Below are positions 38,488 through 52,273 of a stretch of 64,000 nt of DNA, piece after piece (positions within the stretch are counted from its first letter, which is position 1; the number at the start of each line of letters is the position of its first letter). This DNA is from Seison nebaliae (Eukaryota). The position numbers and the translations under genes are program-made. The stretch covers positions 1-64,000 of the forward strand of contig JALJEE010000699.1 in assembly GCA_023231475.1 (NCBI GenBank), in the 5' to 3' direction. The notes under the pieces were generated by a model. It was not told the origin of the DNA and ran no database searches. It saw only the letters and a list, made by a program, of their open reading frames with translations.

Positions 38488-39604
38488 CTTCTTTCCTTCT
38501 CGACCAGATGCAAACGAATTAGTATGTCAAAGAATTACTAATAAATAAAATTTCCCTCTCGCCTACGTAAACATAATAAAATGAAGATTGGGCGGCAATT
38601 CTAAATGTGAAAGAAGTTTAAAAAATTCAATTTTTCTCATTTCACTTTCAATTATTCATTCAATTTTATCTCAAATGACTCCTCTTGATAATTCGAATTT
38701 TATTTCTGACAATTCTTTCAAGATCAACTAAAAATAATTTTTCAATGAAATTCTTTCTTTCCAAATTTCAATTCCACAAAGCTTTCCACGTTGAAATGAA
38801 TAAACATCTCGAATGAGATACCAAATGAAAAAGGAGAGAACTAATAAGGAAATCAATAATTATATTTAGTCTCATTAAGGTAATTCAGTTTTTGGGAGGA
38901 GTATCTTATTAATTAATAATAATTTGGCAATTTGTTTGATATTTAAACTTTTATAAAATCGATGTAATATATATATAAATAATGTACAATTAAATAGACT
39001 ATTTATTTTTTACGATTGTTGCCATTTGAATAAAACAAACAACAATTTATAATAATTTGACATTGACCAGGAAAAGAAACAAATTCACTTTAAAAAAAAA
39101 ATACTAAAAAGAAGTTGTTTTGTAATTTCTATTTTCTTACTTCTAATGTAATTCATTTCTATTAGTAGAGTCTACAATATAGACATAATTTTTTCGTATT
39201 GTAAAGAGCAAAAATTTTAAGGAATAATTTCAAAAAGAACAATATGAAGAAATTTGAATTCTTACGGATAATGAATTGTTAATGGATGAGATATTAAATA
39301 CTTTTCAAAAGTGTTAGTTCGTAACTTCACATCGATATCACATCGTCCCAAACGACAGGAATATAAAAAAACTGTCTAAAAAGCTAAGATTATTGAGTTA
39401 GTTAGACGAAAATGGCTGAATCATGAGAATTTTATCAAATGATGCAGATAGAATAATTCCATCATTTTATAAACAACATTTTTTATAAGATAAATAAATA
39501 GGAATTTCTTATAAGAATTTAACGAGGATTTAAAACAATAAAAAAAGAAGAATGGATAATCGATGAAAGTCATGTGAAAATGCCAATGAATATTTTTTTT
39601 AAAA

Positions 39605-40345
39605 TTAATAATAATTATCGAACTGATTCAAATTATCCAAATCTTCATCTTTCGCTCGATGTTTGTCGGGATTATCTGATGTTTCATCGGGTGCTGGTCC
39701 AATAGCAATATGTGAAGCATGAATTAAATTTTTGGTAATTTCATCTGATAGATCTTCTACCGTTTTTCCCGTAATCATGTCCGCATTAATCGTATCGTCA
39801 GCTTTCTTTATATTTCTAATATAACCATTTACTGTTGAATCGACAGAAAGATCGGGAAGAGAATATTGAGACATTTCTCTTATAGCACCATATAATATGT
39901 GCATATCTTCCTCAGGAATATTTTGATCTTTTAATAATTGTCTTGCTTTCTGTTTGAAGACGCCATACATCTTCACATCATCAACACGTGCCTTTAACAT
40001 AGCGCTATTAACTGTAGCTCGAATGAGAAGAGAAGTGAACAATTCATCTAATTCAAATAATTTCATTGATTTTATGTTATAAGTTCGTTGTTCTTCTGGA
40101 TTTAATAATATTCCACTCTTATCATATAAATCAATCGATTTCTGATAATATTTATTTTCCGTACGATGACGATGTAACATACTTAACACTTTCGTTAACA
40201 GATCAACGGTCATGAGTCGAGAACGGAAATTATTTTCTTCTTCATCAGTGAACATCGGTGCTCCAGTTATCCTGCGAAATGAAGAATTCTTACCAATCAA
40301 TAACATCCAGATGAAAATGATCAACTTAACCGATTCCATCCGCAT
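39605..40345 (-). CDS. Hypothetical secreted protein, 246 aa, single exon
   Basis: Long non-repetitive ORF with a hydrophobic N-terminus (VKLIIFIWMLLIG) and no Cys. No family recognised. Confidence 0.75.
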   Translation of the reverse strand: MRMESVKLIIFIWMLLIGKNSSFRRITGAPMFTDEEENNFRSRLMTVDLLTKVLSMLHRHRTENKYYQKSIDLYDKSGILLNPEEQRTYNIKSMKLFELDELFTSLLIRATVNSAMLKARVDDVKMYGVFKQKARQLLKDQNIPEEDMHILYGAIREMSQYSLPDLSVDSTVNGYIRNIKKADDTINADMITGKTVEDLSDEITKNLIHASHIAIGPAPDETSDNPDKHRAKDEDLDNLNQFDNYY

Positions 40346-41112
40346 TACTTTTGGAGAGAATAGAATAAGAAAAAAAAGTGGAAAGGAAATAAAAAAGAAA
40401 AATCAACAAAGGAATTTTGGGTGTTTGTTGATGTTGTTGAAGAACTCTTCCTAAAGCAGTTTCCGTTTTTCTTTCAATTTTTATCCTGCCAATTTCCAAT
40501 TTTCAACTTTTTGTTGTTGTTACAAGAACTCCGTTTTTCTTTTTATTTAACTTTGAGAAAAACACAGAAATAAATAATATCAGAATTTAAATTATAAAAT
40601 TGAATAATGTAGAGTGCGACGACTTTACACCAAAAACAATTTACAACTAAAAAAAAAAAACAAATAGAGATGATATATATGATCATAATATGTACAAATA
40701 ATGTTGAAGATTTTAGATGAAAAAAATTTCTAACTCGAAATATTAAATTATCAATTTGATATAATATGTTTAAAGTAACTGTTGTTGTTTGTTGGGTGTA
40801 AAAAAAGTGAATTGAAGATAAATAAAAGGAGAAGAAATGAGAGAAGTGTTGACGGAAGGAAATGAAAATTTTGAAATTTTTATAGAATGTTGAAGAACAA
40901 TGTTGTTGTTTGTTGGAAGATTGTTTGGGGGAAACAACTTCGAGAGATAGTTGTGTTGGATTCTCGATTGAAAAAGGAATATGAGTTTTATGAAAGAATG
41001 GAAAGAAATGGTGAAGAATGATAAAAATATTTTTAAGTCACTGTCAAATACACCGGAATAATTTCTAAAGAAATTTCAACTATCTTCTGAACATTTTCCA
41101 TCATCGAATTTC

Positions 41113-43563
41113 TTAAAAAAAATCAAAGTTAGATGGTGATGGTGTTGTGGTATGTGTTTCGGTTGTTATCGAATCGAGAGTAGAAAAGAGGTCACTAGTC
41201 AAATGGGGAGTACGATCTTGTATGAATAATTGGAGATCATTCATATCATTGAATTGATCATTCGATGATTGTGGAAGGAACGAATTGAATTTGTCATCAT
41301 CAAATAAATTATTCTTATCATTATGAGTGTCGTCTAAAAATGACGGGAATTTCGTATTATCAATTGGAAATTCAATCGGATTATTAAATTGATTGGTTAA
41401 ACTGCCAAACGATGAGATTCCACTAATGGGATGAGTGAAGAAAGTGTCATCATTATCCAAATTTCCCACGTTCATATCAATCTCATTGTAATCGATGGAA
41501 AATATATTGTTTGGTAAACTACCGGTATATTTCGTAGTATCAGGTTGCAATAATGGATTGGAATCAAACAAATTCAAATTTAAATTCAAATCATCGTCAC
41601 CATCAAATTGGAATTGTTCTTTCAATATGTCTCGTTCTTCCGATACATCATCTTTCTTCTCATCAACATCATTCAAATGATTATCTTCATCATGAATTAT
41701 ATTATCATCATCATGATTTATATTATCATCATCATGATTTGTATTATTATCATCATCTTCTTCATCATCATCACCATCATAATTGGTAAGATCTTCTTCG
41801 ACAAATGGAATTCTTGAACTTAATTTTGTTTTGGGAGGACAACGACTAATCTCGTGACTGCAACATATCTTACGATCGATGATCTCATTGGAAATGTTCG
41901 TTTTTATTCCATTTCCATCTTCCACATTCTTCACCAAATCTTCACAACGTCCAATGATATGTTTGAGATATTCACGTTGAGATTGAGTATTAAGAAGTTT
42001 GAGTTCATCTTCTCCTTCAACTTCCATTTCCATTTGTTCTTCCTCCTCCTCATCGTCATTCATCGAGAATCGTCGAAGAGTTATAGAGAAATAGAGTTTC
42101 AAATTAGGAACTTGAAAATCTTTCGATTGATTATTGGATAGATATAAATCATACGACGGTTTCTTTCCATTCATTTCACTCGAATCACAATTCTTTTTTC
42201 CTTCATTATAAATTTGTAAGAGTCGTCCAAATTCTTCCGTTTCATTTTCAATTAATTCATTCGAATAATAATGAAATATTCGAAATGATTTGATAAATTC
42301 GAATCGATTAAAGAAGTTCTTGAGATGATGTAATGTCATTTCCTTCTCTACAACGAACATAAATTCTGATGGTAATTGATGTTGCAATAATCGGAAAATT
42401 GTCATTTCATTAAATGGAGTTATATGAAGTGTTATTGAAGATCGAAGTGTCAATTGTTGAAATTTATTAAAATTGTCATGTTTCTTTTCAGAATGTTTCT
42501 CGATTTCCATCGAATCATTTCCCAATCGAATTGGTTCAATTCCCAATTGAATTGAATCACATTTCGAATTATTTTTCCATTTAATCGAATCATTCTTTTT
42601 TGTTTCGATAGCTAATGGATCCAATTTGATGGGAGGAATTAATTTGGATGTTCCATTGGCCGATTTGGGAGAATTGTCAATAAACGGAATTTGTGAATGA
42701 TGTCGAATCTTATTCTTTTTGGGCAATTGTCCTCCTTCCTCCAATTGGAGAATATCGATAATCTTATCAGTATCTCGATTCCTTTTCAATTTGACAGTAT
42801 CACAATTCTTCTTATCAGACGTTCCAATTATTGACGAGACTTCTTCCGATGATGGTGCTCTGTTTGTGGTTGTGGAAGAAGAAGACGATGATGTTGTACG
42901 ATCATTATTCGGTTGTTTATCAATTCGATTCAAACGAATCGTACGACGATTAATACGAACTGTCGTCACACCTTTCTCAACTAATTCATGTAATTTTAAT
43001 TGACGTCGCTTATCCAATTTGATATTACGACGACGAAATTCCTCATAATTCACCACATATAAATATTCGACATTTGGATCCAATTTTTGATTGAGATTCA
43101 ACTGCTTCATAATTCGACGCCAACATCGATGATAATAATGACGGATTTGATCACGTGATTTGACCGTTTGACTTTCATTCGATTTCTTCGACATCTTCTC
43201 CAAATAGAATTGATGCAATTTACTAAAATTCCTTCCATGAAGACGGAGACCATCATAGAAGATATCCGTTTCCTCTCCCGACCATAACTGACGTTGTGAT
43301 GATGATTTGCCTGTCATCTCTTTCACAATTTCTTCGTTAGTTCCTTTCAGGACATTCGGTTGAATGATCGATTTGGGTGGAATGATGGCTACCGTTATTG
43401 GCTCCAACGTATCTTCTTCGACATTTGATGAAGTAACTTCAATTCTCATTGTATGATCACTCGAAATATCGGAAATGGTGGAAGAAGAGATGGAAGACGA
43501 AGAGGAAGAAGTAATTCCTAAGATATTAATAGAAGAAGCAGATAAAGAAGAAGGAAGAGACAT
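41113..43563 (-). CDS. CRAMP1: Cramped-like chromatin regulator (SANT domain)
   Basis: WSGEETDIFYDGLRLHGRNF..VKSRDQIRHYYHRCWRRI..YVVNYEEFRR..KLHELVEKGVTTVR matches the cramped/CRAMP1 SANT block. Acidic C-terminus with a short NHDDDNI repeat. Confidence 0.9.
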   Translation of the reverse strand: MSLPSSLSASSINILGITSSSSSSISSSTISDISSDHTMRIEVTSSNVEEDTLEPITVAIIPPKSIIQPNVLKGTNEEIVKEMTGKSSSQRQLWSGEETDIFYDGLRLHGRNFSKLHQFYLEKMSKKSNESQTVKSRDQIRHYYHRCWRRIMKQLNLNQKLDPNVEYLYVVNYEEFRRRNIKLDKRRQLKLHELVEKGVTTVRINRRTIRLNRIDKQPNNDRTTSSSSSSTTTNRAPSSEEVSSIIGTSDKKNCDTVKLKRNRDTDKIIDILQLEEGGQLPKKNKIRHHSQIPFIDNSPKSANGTSKLIPPIKLDPLAIETKKNDSIKWKNNSKCDSIQLGIEPIRLGNDSMEIEKHSEKKHDNFNKFQQLTLRSSITLHITPFNEMTIFRLLQHQLPSEFMFVVEKEMTLHHLKNFFNRFEFIKSFRIFHYYSNELIENETEEFGRLLQIYNEGKKNCDSSEMNGKKPSYDLYLSNNQSKDFQVPNLKLYFSITLRRFSMNDDEEEEEQMEMEVEGEDELKLLNTQSQREYLKHIIGRCEDLVKNVEDGNGIKTNISNEIIDRKICCSHEISRCPPKTKLSSRIPFVEEDLTNYDGDDDEEDDDNNTNHDDDNINHDDDNIIHDEDNHLNDVDEKKDDVSEERDILKEQFQFDGDDDLNLNLNLFDSNPLLQPDTTKYTGSLPNNIFSIDYNEIDMNVGNLDNDDTFFTHPISGISSFGSLTNQFNNPIEFPIDNTKFPSFLDDTHNDKNNLFDDDKFNSFLPQSSNDQFNDMNDLQLFIQDRTPHLTSDLFSTLDSITTETHTTTPSPSNFDFF

Positions 43564-44560
43564 ATTGATGAAATTTAATTTTTTTCTAAATAAATAAAAT
43601 GAGACGACAATATGTATTAAGAATGGAATTGAGGAGAGAAAGATGATGGAAATATGAGGAAAGACAATTAATCGGAAATAATATTCTTAATGATACGTTG
43701 AAAGAAAGTCGTCGTGGAAAAAATGAAAAAAATACATTCGATGATAAATCAAAGAAAATTTATGGGAGAGGAAATTTGAAATATTTCAAAGAAATTAAAA
43801 ATCTTTCGAGAAGATAAAGAATGGAGTTGAATGGACTTATTACACAAATGACTAGTTGACTAATTGGCAGTGTGTCTCCAATTCAGTTTTCGAATTCATC
43901 TCTCACTGTTGAATTGTATGGTATTGTGTTGAATAAATGGAAACTGACTGACAACTGACTGAAATAAAGCTGTGTAGAAAGAAGAAAAAAATAGAGATAT
44001 AGCTTGATGACAGTTGAAGGGAAATGAGAGGAGAATTAAAGACGAAGAAAGGATAGTAGACTTGAGATAAGCGAAAAATTCAAATTTTTTCTCTAACTGC
44101 CAAACTGCCACGAATACCGAAGTCGTATTGAAAAGTAGAAGAAATTACTATCGATTCATTCTTTATCTACTTTAAATAATTGTCCTCAATTTTTTCTTTT
44201 TTGGGACTAATGATTTGTCCGTTTCTCTCATTGTTCAATTAACCTTTTCTTTCTCAGAGATTGACGCTTAAAATTCAAATTTTATCTTCTCATCAAAATA
44301 ACTTTAGATGATGGCGTAGATCGTCATAACTTTCTCTAGAAAATTGTTATTGCGTCCATGAAAGTAGACGATGTACAAGAATGCATGCGATTGGTTGTAG
44401 GTGTGTGTGTTTTCTGTATTAATCGATCGAGGTATTTCTTCTTCTGAATTGAAATTTAAAAATTTTTCATTTAAAAAATTTTCCAAAATTTTATTTGTCT
44501 TTTTAAAAAAAATTCCTAAGATTTATCCAATCAAATTGTGCGAATAGGACAAGAGGGATA

Positions 44561-47401
44561 ATGTCGAGGCGAATTCCATCGAAATATGGCAATATGCCAA
44601 TAGATGAAGAGGAAGATGAAAGTGAAGTGATTTTTCGCAATTCGGAACATGAGAATTCGAATTCGACTGGAATGATGTTAATGAAAGATGAAGATCGTTT
44701 GATTATGGATGGCAATGATGGTTCGAGGGGAAGTGGTGGAGGTTTAAGTGGCAATTCTCTGTTGGGCTCGCAACAACAACAACAACAGCCACAACAGCAA
44801 CAGCATATGTCTCATAATGAAGTGTATAATACTGAGTATTTGAGTACGGATGAATTACAAACACAATTCCAATCGAATAATAATAATGTTGTAATGATTC
44901 CATCCACCAGTACATCGATGGAACAATCGTTAAATATTAATGAAAATAATATGATTCATAATAATAATAATCAAGTCGTACCAACATCATCCACAATGGA
45001 CATGAGTGATTCACACACAAATGATGGTTCGATTGGCGTTCCCAATAATGATAATAATGGATCAATGTTGATGAATAACAACAACAACAACAATGGAAAT
45101 AGAAATGGTAATGTGTTAGATATGAGTATGAATAAACGAGAGGAGAATAATAAAATTGATATGTATCAACTTCATCATTCTCAAGGACAACATTCACGAA
45201 TGGCACGGAATCTCCAAATGACTCCCATTCCATTGAATGTCATTCATGATGCTATTCATGCGACGAAAGAAGGAGGTCAACCATACACTTTCTTTGTGCA
45301 ACATGATACAGGAGTAAAAATGCAATTCACATTCTCTGCAAATGGATTGCCTGGAAGTGAAGTTCTTTTCAATATTCCTGATAATTTGAATACGGACATC
45401 CTTCGAGAAGATATTATCAATGAAGCGAAATCGATGGATATTAGTATCGATTTTAAATTACGATTTGTTTCCGATAATAATAATAATAATAATAATAATC
45501 GGAATAATGAGAATCGAGATAATGAATATCATCATCATCTACGACAACAACAGCAACAACCAAATCATTTGGGACATCGTCAACCGATTTCGGGTATGAA
45601 TGAGATTCATGGACAAATGCAACCATCGAATTATAATGAGAATATGGTGAATAATATGGAACAGATGCAACGAGATCAATCGTTGACAAACACTGGACGA
45701 ACAAATCATCCACATGGAATGGTACGTCCATCTGATGAGAATCCTGATGGATTGATGTTTATGAATACTCGATCAATTAATCGTCCAGATTATCATTCGA
45801 ATGTTATTCAACCACCACCACAACAACAACAACAACAACAACCGGTACCACCTCAACCATCTCAACGACGTTCACAACATGTTCGTAGTGGAATGCATTA
45901 TGATAATGAAGATAATACAACTACAGATCGAATGAGTAATCGAAGTGGTGCAAATCCAATGTTGATAGATAATCCGGAACATGATTTTATTTATGGTCAG
46001 AAAGAGAATATCAGATCATATAATAATCGATCGATATTAATTGATGATCATTCTGATCAATCTCCTCATGTCACTCCCGCACATCATCATCGAGCACCGA
46101 CACAAAATCAATATTTGAGAAATGAACGTTCGTCAAGAGAAGAATTGCCAAATGAACAAAATCAATCTAATCGAAGTATGTCATCTTCAGGGAATCGTCT
46201 CCGTCGAACAATCGATCAGGCAGCTAATGTACCCGATTTTCAATATGGTCAAAATACCATTCCTGATCGAGTATCACGTGATGACATAATGTTCCAACCT
46301 GATAATTGGGTTGTATCAGAAGATTTGATTCCATATCATGTGTCTACAAAGAAACCAGAAGTAAATGTAGATGAAGAACCAAGTGGACAATTTCCATGTA
46401 TTCGATGTGACAAACGATTTCGTTTCCATTGTTTCCGTTTGGTGCATATGGTGGAGAGACATACATTACCTCAAATGAACAGAGCAAATCAATGTATGAT
46501 TTGTGGTCTTCGTGGACCGACCACTACCAGTCAATGGTTACGTCATTATGCGGAGCATACTCATGAGAAGATTTATACATGTAATTTTTGTAATGAAGGA
46601 TTCACTACACCACAAATTCGTGCACAACATGAATCTTCCGAACATAATCCAATTGCTGCACCAGAAGAAGAAGATATAAAATTGTTTCGTCCATCTACTC
46701 GTCATCATCATCATCGACATCATCATCGTCATTCGTCGAAGAAACGACGTCGTCATTCATCGAGAGAATTGATAAAAGAAGAAATTAATCCGATTTGGGA
46801 TACACGAGGAAAGAATTCAGTTGGACGTCAATCGATAGCGGAATATGATGAACCAATAACATTTAGTAATGATGGAAATATGGATGACATATCCGTCACA
46901 TCTACATCTCATCCATTACGTCCTCGTATTAGTCATCAACGACCTGTTGGTCATGATGAAGGAATTATTTCAGGACCAATTCCTCCACATCCCTTAATGA
47001 GAAGATCATCATCAAACGATTCAAATAATCAATTTCAACATATCAGTCAATTGAAGAATAATAATCAAGGATCTAACTCCTCACGATCATATCAACGTCG
47101 TCAACAAACTCAACAACAACAACGTCGGGCGAAAGCATCAGAGAATGGTCTTATTGCTACAATCACTTCCAATGCGACACAAATAGCTGCTCAAGCTAAA
47201 GCGGATGTCGCAAGAGAATTAAAACGTGCGTCAGAAGAGGCGCGTCGTGTTCAAACTAATAAGGCGAAATCGGATCCATATCATCAAATGACAAATGATG
47301 GATTAACGGGAAATAATTCCAATATGAATATGAATATTTCTTCAAACAAAATTGATTTACATCAACAGAATGTTTTGAAATATCCAATGAGGAAACATTA
47401 A
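44561..47401 (+). CDS. N/Q/H-rich C2H2 zinc-finger protein (3 fingers), 946 aa
   Basis: CIRC..HMVERH; CMIC..HYAEH; THEKIY linker; CNFC..HESSEH at ~46390-46650. Single long ORF. Confidence 0.88.
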   Translation: MSRRIPSKYGNMPIDEEEDESEVIFRNSEHENSNSTGMMLMKDEDRLIMDGNDGSRGSGGGLSGNSLLGSQQQQQQPQQQQHMSHNEVYNTEYLSTDELQTQFQSNNNNVVMIPSTSTSMEQSLNINENNMIHNNNNQVVPTSSTMDMSDSHTNDGSIGVPNNDNNGSMLMNNNNNNNGNRNGNVLDMSMNKREENNKIDMYQLHHSQGQHSRMARNLQMTPIPLNVIHDAIHATKEGGQPYTFFVQHDTGVKMQFTFSANGLPGSEVLFNIPDNLNTDILREDIINEAKSMDISIDFKLRFVSDNNNNNNNNRNNENRDNEYHHHLRQQQQQPNHLGHRQPISGMNEIHGQMQPSNYNENMVNNMEQMQRDQSLTNTGRTNHPHGMVRPSDENPDGLMFMNTRSINRPDYHSNVIQPPPQQQQQQQPVPPQPSQRRSQHVRSGMHYDNEDNTTTDRMSNRSGANPMLIDNPEHDFIYGQKENIRSYNNRSILIDDHSDQSPHVTPAHHHRAPTQNQYLRNERSSREELPNEQNQSNRSMSSSGNRLRRTIDQAANVPDFQYGQNTIPDRVSRDDIMFQPDNWVVSEDLIPYHVSTKKPEVNVDEEPSGQFPCIRCDKRFRFHCFRLVHMVERHTLPQMNRANQCMICGLRGPTTTSQWLRHYAEHTHEKIYTCNFCNEGFTTPQIRAQHESSEHNPIAAPEEEDIKLFRPSTRHHHHRHHHRHSSKKRRRHSSRELIKEEINPIWDTRGKNSVGRQSIAEYDEPITFSNDGNMDDISVTSTSHPLRPRISHQRPVGHDEGIISGPIPPHPLMRRSSSNDSNNQFQHISQLKNNNQGSNSSRSYQRRQQTQQQQRRAKASENGLIATITSNATQIAAQAKADVARELKRASEEARRVQTNKAKSDPYHQMTNDGLTGNNSNMNMNISSNKIDLHQQNVLKYPMRKH

Positions 47402-50400
47402 ATCCAAATGAATCACATCTCAAAATTGTTTCTTCTTATTGACCGCGAGTAGATGAAACTCATCAAAATAATTAATAATTTTCTTTCAATTTCTTTCTTT
47501 TCTTTTCTTTTTCTTCTTTTTCTTTTTTAAAAATAAAATAAAAATCTCTAATTGTAATCATCATAACAATTTCTTTCTTCCATTTCCAAACGAAGAATGT
47601 TTCCATTTTTTTTTCATTCATTTTAACTTTTGTTTTATCAGAGAATAATACAATTTCACGGTTCTTCTTTCTCTCATCTTATTCATACCGATCATAATAT
47701 ATTTATATAATTTATATTCATTTTCCTTTTCCCAAAAGGATTTGATTTCCACATCACAATTATTCTCCTATTATAAGTTTTGTACTATTTTCCTTATTCC
47801 ATTCAGTCGATTTGATTGTAATGGACCAGAAAAATTGTTAAATATTTTTGCTTCATCCTTTATTAAAAATGAAAATGTTTCCTTACAATTCTTCTTTTAA
47901 TGTCGTTTGAGAGTTTTGAATGAGAGGAAAAAAAGGTTCATGAAATTGATGATAATTAGATCAATTCTCATCATCACGTTGCAATAGCGGAAGATGATTG
48001 AACGTGACATTCAACATCCACCAGTTCTTCAATGCAAGAACGACTACTAATGAATTATAATCGTTTTCGTCAGTTGCAACCACGATCGATGACATGACTT
48101 CCAAATAATTTCTTCTTTTTCAAGAATTTTCCTTTCAATAAAAACTAAATCGTTCACCATTTCCGTTATTACTAATCGTCATCGACAGTAATGGAGGAGT
48201 AGAAGTTCTCATCTTCTCGTAAACCACGTTGTCACAGGTAACCTTTTTTAAACGAATAATCTTCTCGAAATTCCAATCATTATTTCTCTAATTCATTATC
48301 GACGATCAGTAGACATTTCTCACTAAAATTTCGGTCAAAAGTAAACAAGAACTGAAGAGAATAAAAAGAAACTAATTATCTAAAAATGAAGGTAAGCTAC
48401 TTTGTATAGCTTATTATTTCGCTTAACTCCTTCATTCATCTTTCTTGCATAACAAATATTTATTCTTTTTTAAATTCGATTGCTCCATCCTCTCCTCCTT
48501 CTCACATATATAAATAGATTATCTAATTCATCTAATCGAAACAAGTCGTTCTCTCAAACTTATATTTTTTTTGAAAAAAAAACAAAATAAAAGAAAAAAA
48601 ATTTCTTTTTTTCACTCACAAATTCAACTCACCAGAACTCCACCGAATCGATCGAATGAATCATTCGTCTCTTTATCTTTACGTTCGTCGTTGTCATTTT
48701 GTTACGATTATTTATGGGTCGATACGTTTCGTCACGTTCTGACCGACGTACAACATTGTTAAGTTTGTTCTTTTGTTTGTTTCTTCTCACTTCTCGATTC
48801 TTTTTCTTTTTCATTATCCGATCAGCACCACAGAAGTGGAAGAAGATGAATAAAAGAAGAACTAATTGTCATTTATGAATTTTCTGAAATGGAAATATTG
48901 TTGTTTGGTGGAGATAATGTTATGTGGCATGAGATTGTATTATCAATAAAATATGTAATCTGTTTTTAGACACCTAATAAAATTATGTGATGTCACTATC
49001 GTATGGAATGATAACGTTGATCATGCTACAGCTGATGTTAGGATGATGACCATTCACTTAATAAAAACTTGCAAGAGAATGCGGAACCAGTTTATCTTTC
49101 ATTCTCACTCCTCTCTTGCCTTTCATTCGAATATTTCGTGAAACATATACTGACAACAACCACAACTAATTTGTCAAATTTCTCAATCAAAATTTTTCGT
49201 TTCTCCATTTCCATCAGAAACGAACTAACTTATAAATTACATCTTAAAACGTCGATCTGGGGAAAAAGAAAAGATTGTGAATTTTGAGAAAAGTAGAAGA
49301 AAAAAGAATTATAGTTTTTTCGAATCTTTCCCCAATTTCCAATTCGACGGAACAGAACAAAATTGCCATGAACTTTCTTTCAAATTTACCAATAAAACAT
49401 CAATTGTATATCTATTTCATATTCCCCCTTCATTCTCCTTCAACAATTAACACCTCAAACTTCCAAGTTACTTAACTTTACTTTCTATCTAACTAACTGT
49501 CAATTTACAAGTTACACTCCCAACTCTTTTACTACAACTGACATTTCTTCGACGACGAACTAATATTTGAGTTTTCCATTGCAATTTCTTCTACTCATAT
49601 TTTGTGATGTTTCCGAAGGAAAAAAAACTGAAGATTTCCGTAAATTTGTTTCTTCTTTTTTCCTGCAATTTCCACTCATCAGTCTCAATTTACGAATTCT
49701 CCATTCGCTATTGATTAATTGAGAGTGTTCGATGTAATATTAGATAACGTCGTTCCAGAGAATGGAGAGTGTGATTAACTTTTAAACAAATAGAAGAGAA
49801 TTGATGGAAAAAGATAGTAGAAGAAATTCTCATAAGAACGAACTAAAAAGTAATGTGATAAGTTGGATCATTTCCTTTCACCAAAATTTTTTTGCACCGT
49901 TTCTTAAGGAAGCGCTATTCACATAGTGGAAAGTAGCTAACTAGCATGAATCATAATCATTTTACTCAGAAATTCTTTTATATTTCATTCGAATTCTTCC
50001 TTCAACACATTCCTCAACAATTCCCATCTCTAACAAGAAAAATTTCACGAATTTTTCCGTTTCTTTCAAATTCCATTTACTTTATTCCAGTCGAACGATC
50101 GATAGAATGAAGAAAAGAAGAGGAAGAATCGAATCGTCTTAGAAACCACAAATTTGTTTTATGACGAACATTTTTTTGCATTTCCTCGAAGTCGAATATG
50201 ATAAGGTTTTGATGATGAAAATGTATATCGAGAATGATAAATATTCATTCGATCGCTAATATCATTCATCTCCTCACCAGAATGATGATAATGTTCGACG
50301 GTAGATTTCTTCTCTCAATTTTATCAATAAATATCCTCTATAAATCAGTTGCAATGATTAGTTAAGTTATTAACTAAATCTTCAACGTCGTCTCAGGTGT

Positions 50401-52273
50401 ATGGGAATTCGGAAAACAAATAATTAAAGTAACGACAACGACAACGACGACGACGATGATGATGATGACACTTTTTTCAATCGTTATAATTCGTTAAGAA
50501 GAATCAATCATAATTTTTAAAAAAGAAAAGGAACACGGAAATAAGAATCGACATCAAATTTATATTCAACGTCAGTCTTATCCTGACAAATTCTTTTACT
50601 TCTCTTCTACTTAAATGGAAAATCTTTTCCACTTCTCTTTTTTTCTGCCAACACAATCCATGTTGCGTATTTGGGATATAAGAATAAACGACGAAATATG
50701 TCTCCCCTTCATTCAACGTCTATCCAGATAACTCCAATAAGCTCTACCGTCAATTGGGAAAGTGAAATAATTTGTCAATTTGACAATTTAACTTCCATCA
50801 ATCTTTATTCTTGTCATGGAACGCTCAGACGGATTGCCGGTTACTCCGACAATAGATATCCACTTCCGGGATTAGTTCAATAATATTTTATCAAATTAAA
50901 TTGCGATAGATTCCTCTCATCTTCATTTAAAGACGAATATGAAAGAAGAAACCATTAACTTTTTCTTAAGTCAAATTCAATTCGAGAAAATCGTAGAAAT
51001 TAATTAAATTATTTAACAAAACTTTTAATTTTCTTCACTTCTAAAAATGCTTTCCTGAAATGAAATGACCCTTTTTATGAAATCGTTTAAGGAAATTTTG
51101 TTAAAAAAATATTTTAAAGAAATGAATTTTTAAGAACGAGTTTAGAGAATCATCCTGATTCTCCGGTTTTCAGGAGAACTCATTATTAGTCTTTCGTTAA
51201 GGTGTGAAAGTGTGAGAAGGAATTATTATGATTAAGATTATCAATGTTTGTACGACAAGTTAGGAAGAGGAATTGTCATATGAATATAGCGGTTAACTGG
51301 CACCATATCGTTTTTTTTTGATTGCGAGGAAATGTGATAAGAAGCGTTGGAAATGAGAACTTCCTCGTCTTTGTGAAGTTTAAGAGCAAGATTAAGGCTA
51401 TTCTCGTCCGATGAGAATTATTAGTCTTTCATATTATTTCTGATGGAAGAATTAGTTAACCGACATGTTTTCAATTAATTCTTTTCGACATAATCACCAC
51501 CACTACACATCTTTCATTCCATTTCCTTTCACGATGATTATGGTGAGGATGATGAATATTAGATTCCCAATTTATCACTTTCCACCTGTCTTTCTTCTTT
51601 GTAATAAATTTTGTTTAGAGGATGATGAGAATTGGGATTAGAGAATCGGACAATATATCGATTAAAAGGAAAATTCGATTCGGGAATACCATCAAGTTTA
51701 ATTAATCGAGTCCTTTTCCAGTTATATAATGAACTATCAAAATAAAAAAGTATTTGGAGATAACTAGAATTAATAAAAGATTAATAATAATAAATGTAAT
51801 CATATTGTTGATGGTGTTGTGTGGAGTGTAAGAGCCAAGCGAAGAATGCTGAGAAATAAAACTAAGAGATTCTCTAACGAAGAGAATCCTTATTTAGTTT
51901 TGTACTCAAAAGAAATGTGGTCGTTGATTGAGGAAAGATGTTATCACGCGTCCAGATATATTGTTCCACACAACAATCTAATCGTTCTAAAGGTAATCAA
52001 TTCCTATTTGGGATGAGATGGGATGAATTGCCTCGTGTCAATTAAATGACCAGTTTCCTTTTTTTCTTTTACGACTAACAAAATGAGAATTTCATTTAAA
52101 TGATTGATCATAATCAACAAATAAGATATTGGGAATAAATTCCACATTTATTCTCAATTTCTTTAAGAAAAACATTTTATAGTTTTCTCTAGCAAAATTT
52201 TTTGGATCTTTCAAATTCTTCTAGGAGAATTACGATTCAATCGAATTGAAAAAAACATCCACCACATAACAGA

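Noticed and set aside
47500..52200. Short ORFs between the zinc-finger and chitin genes
   Set aside because: Low-complexity AT-rich frames without motifs.
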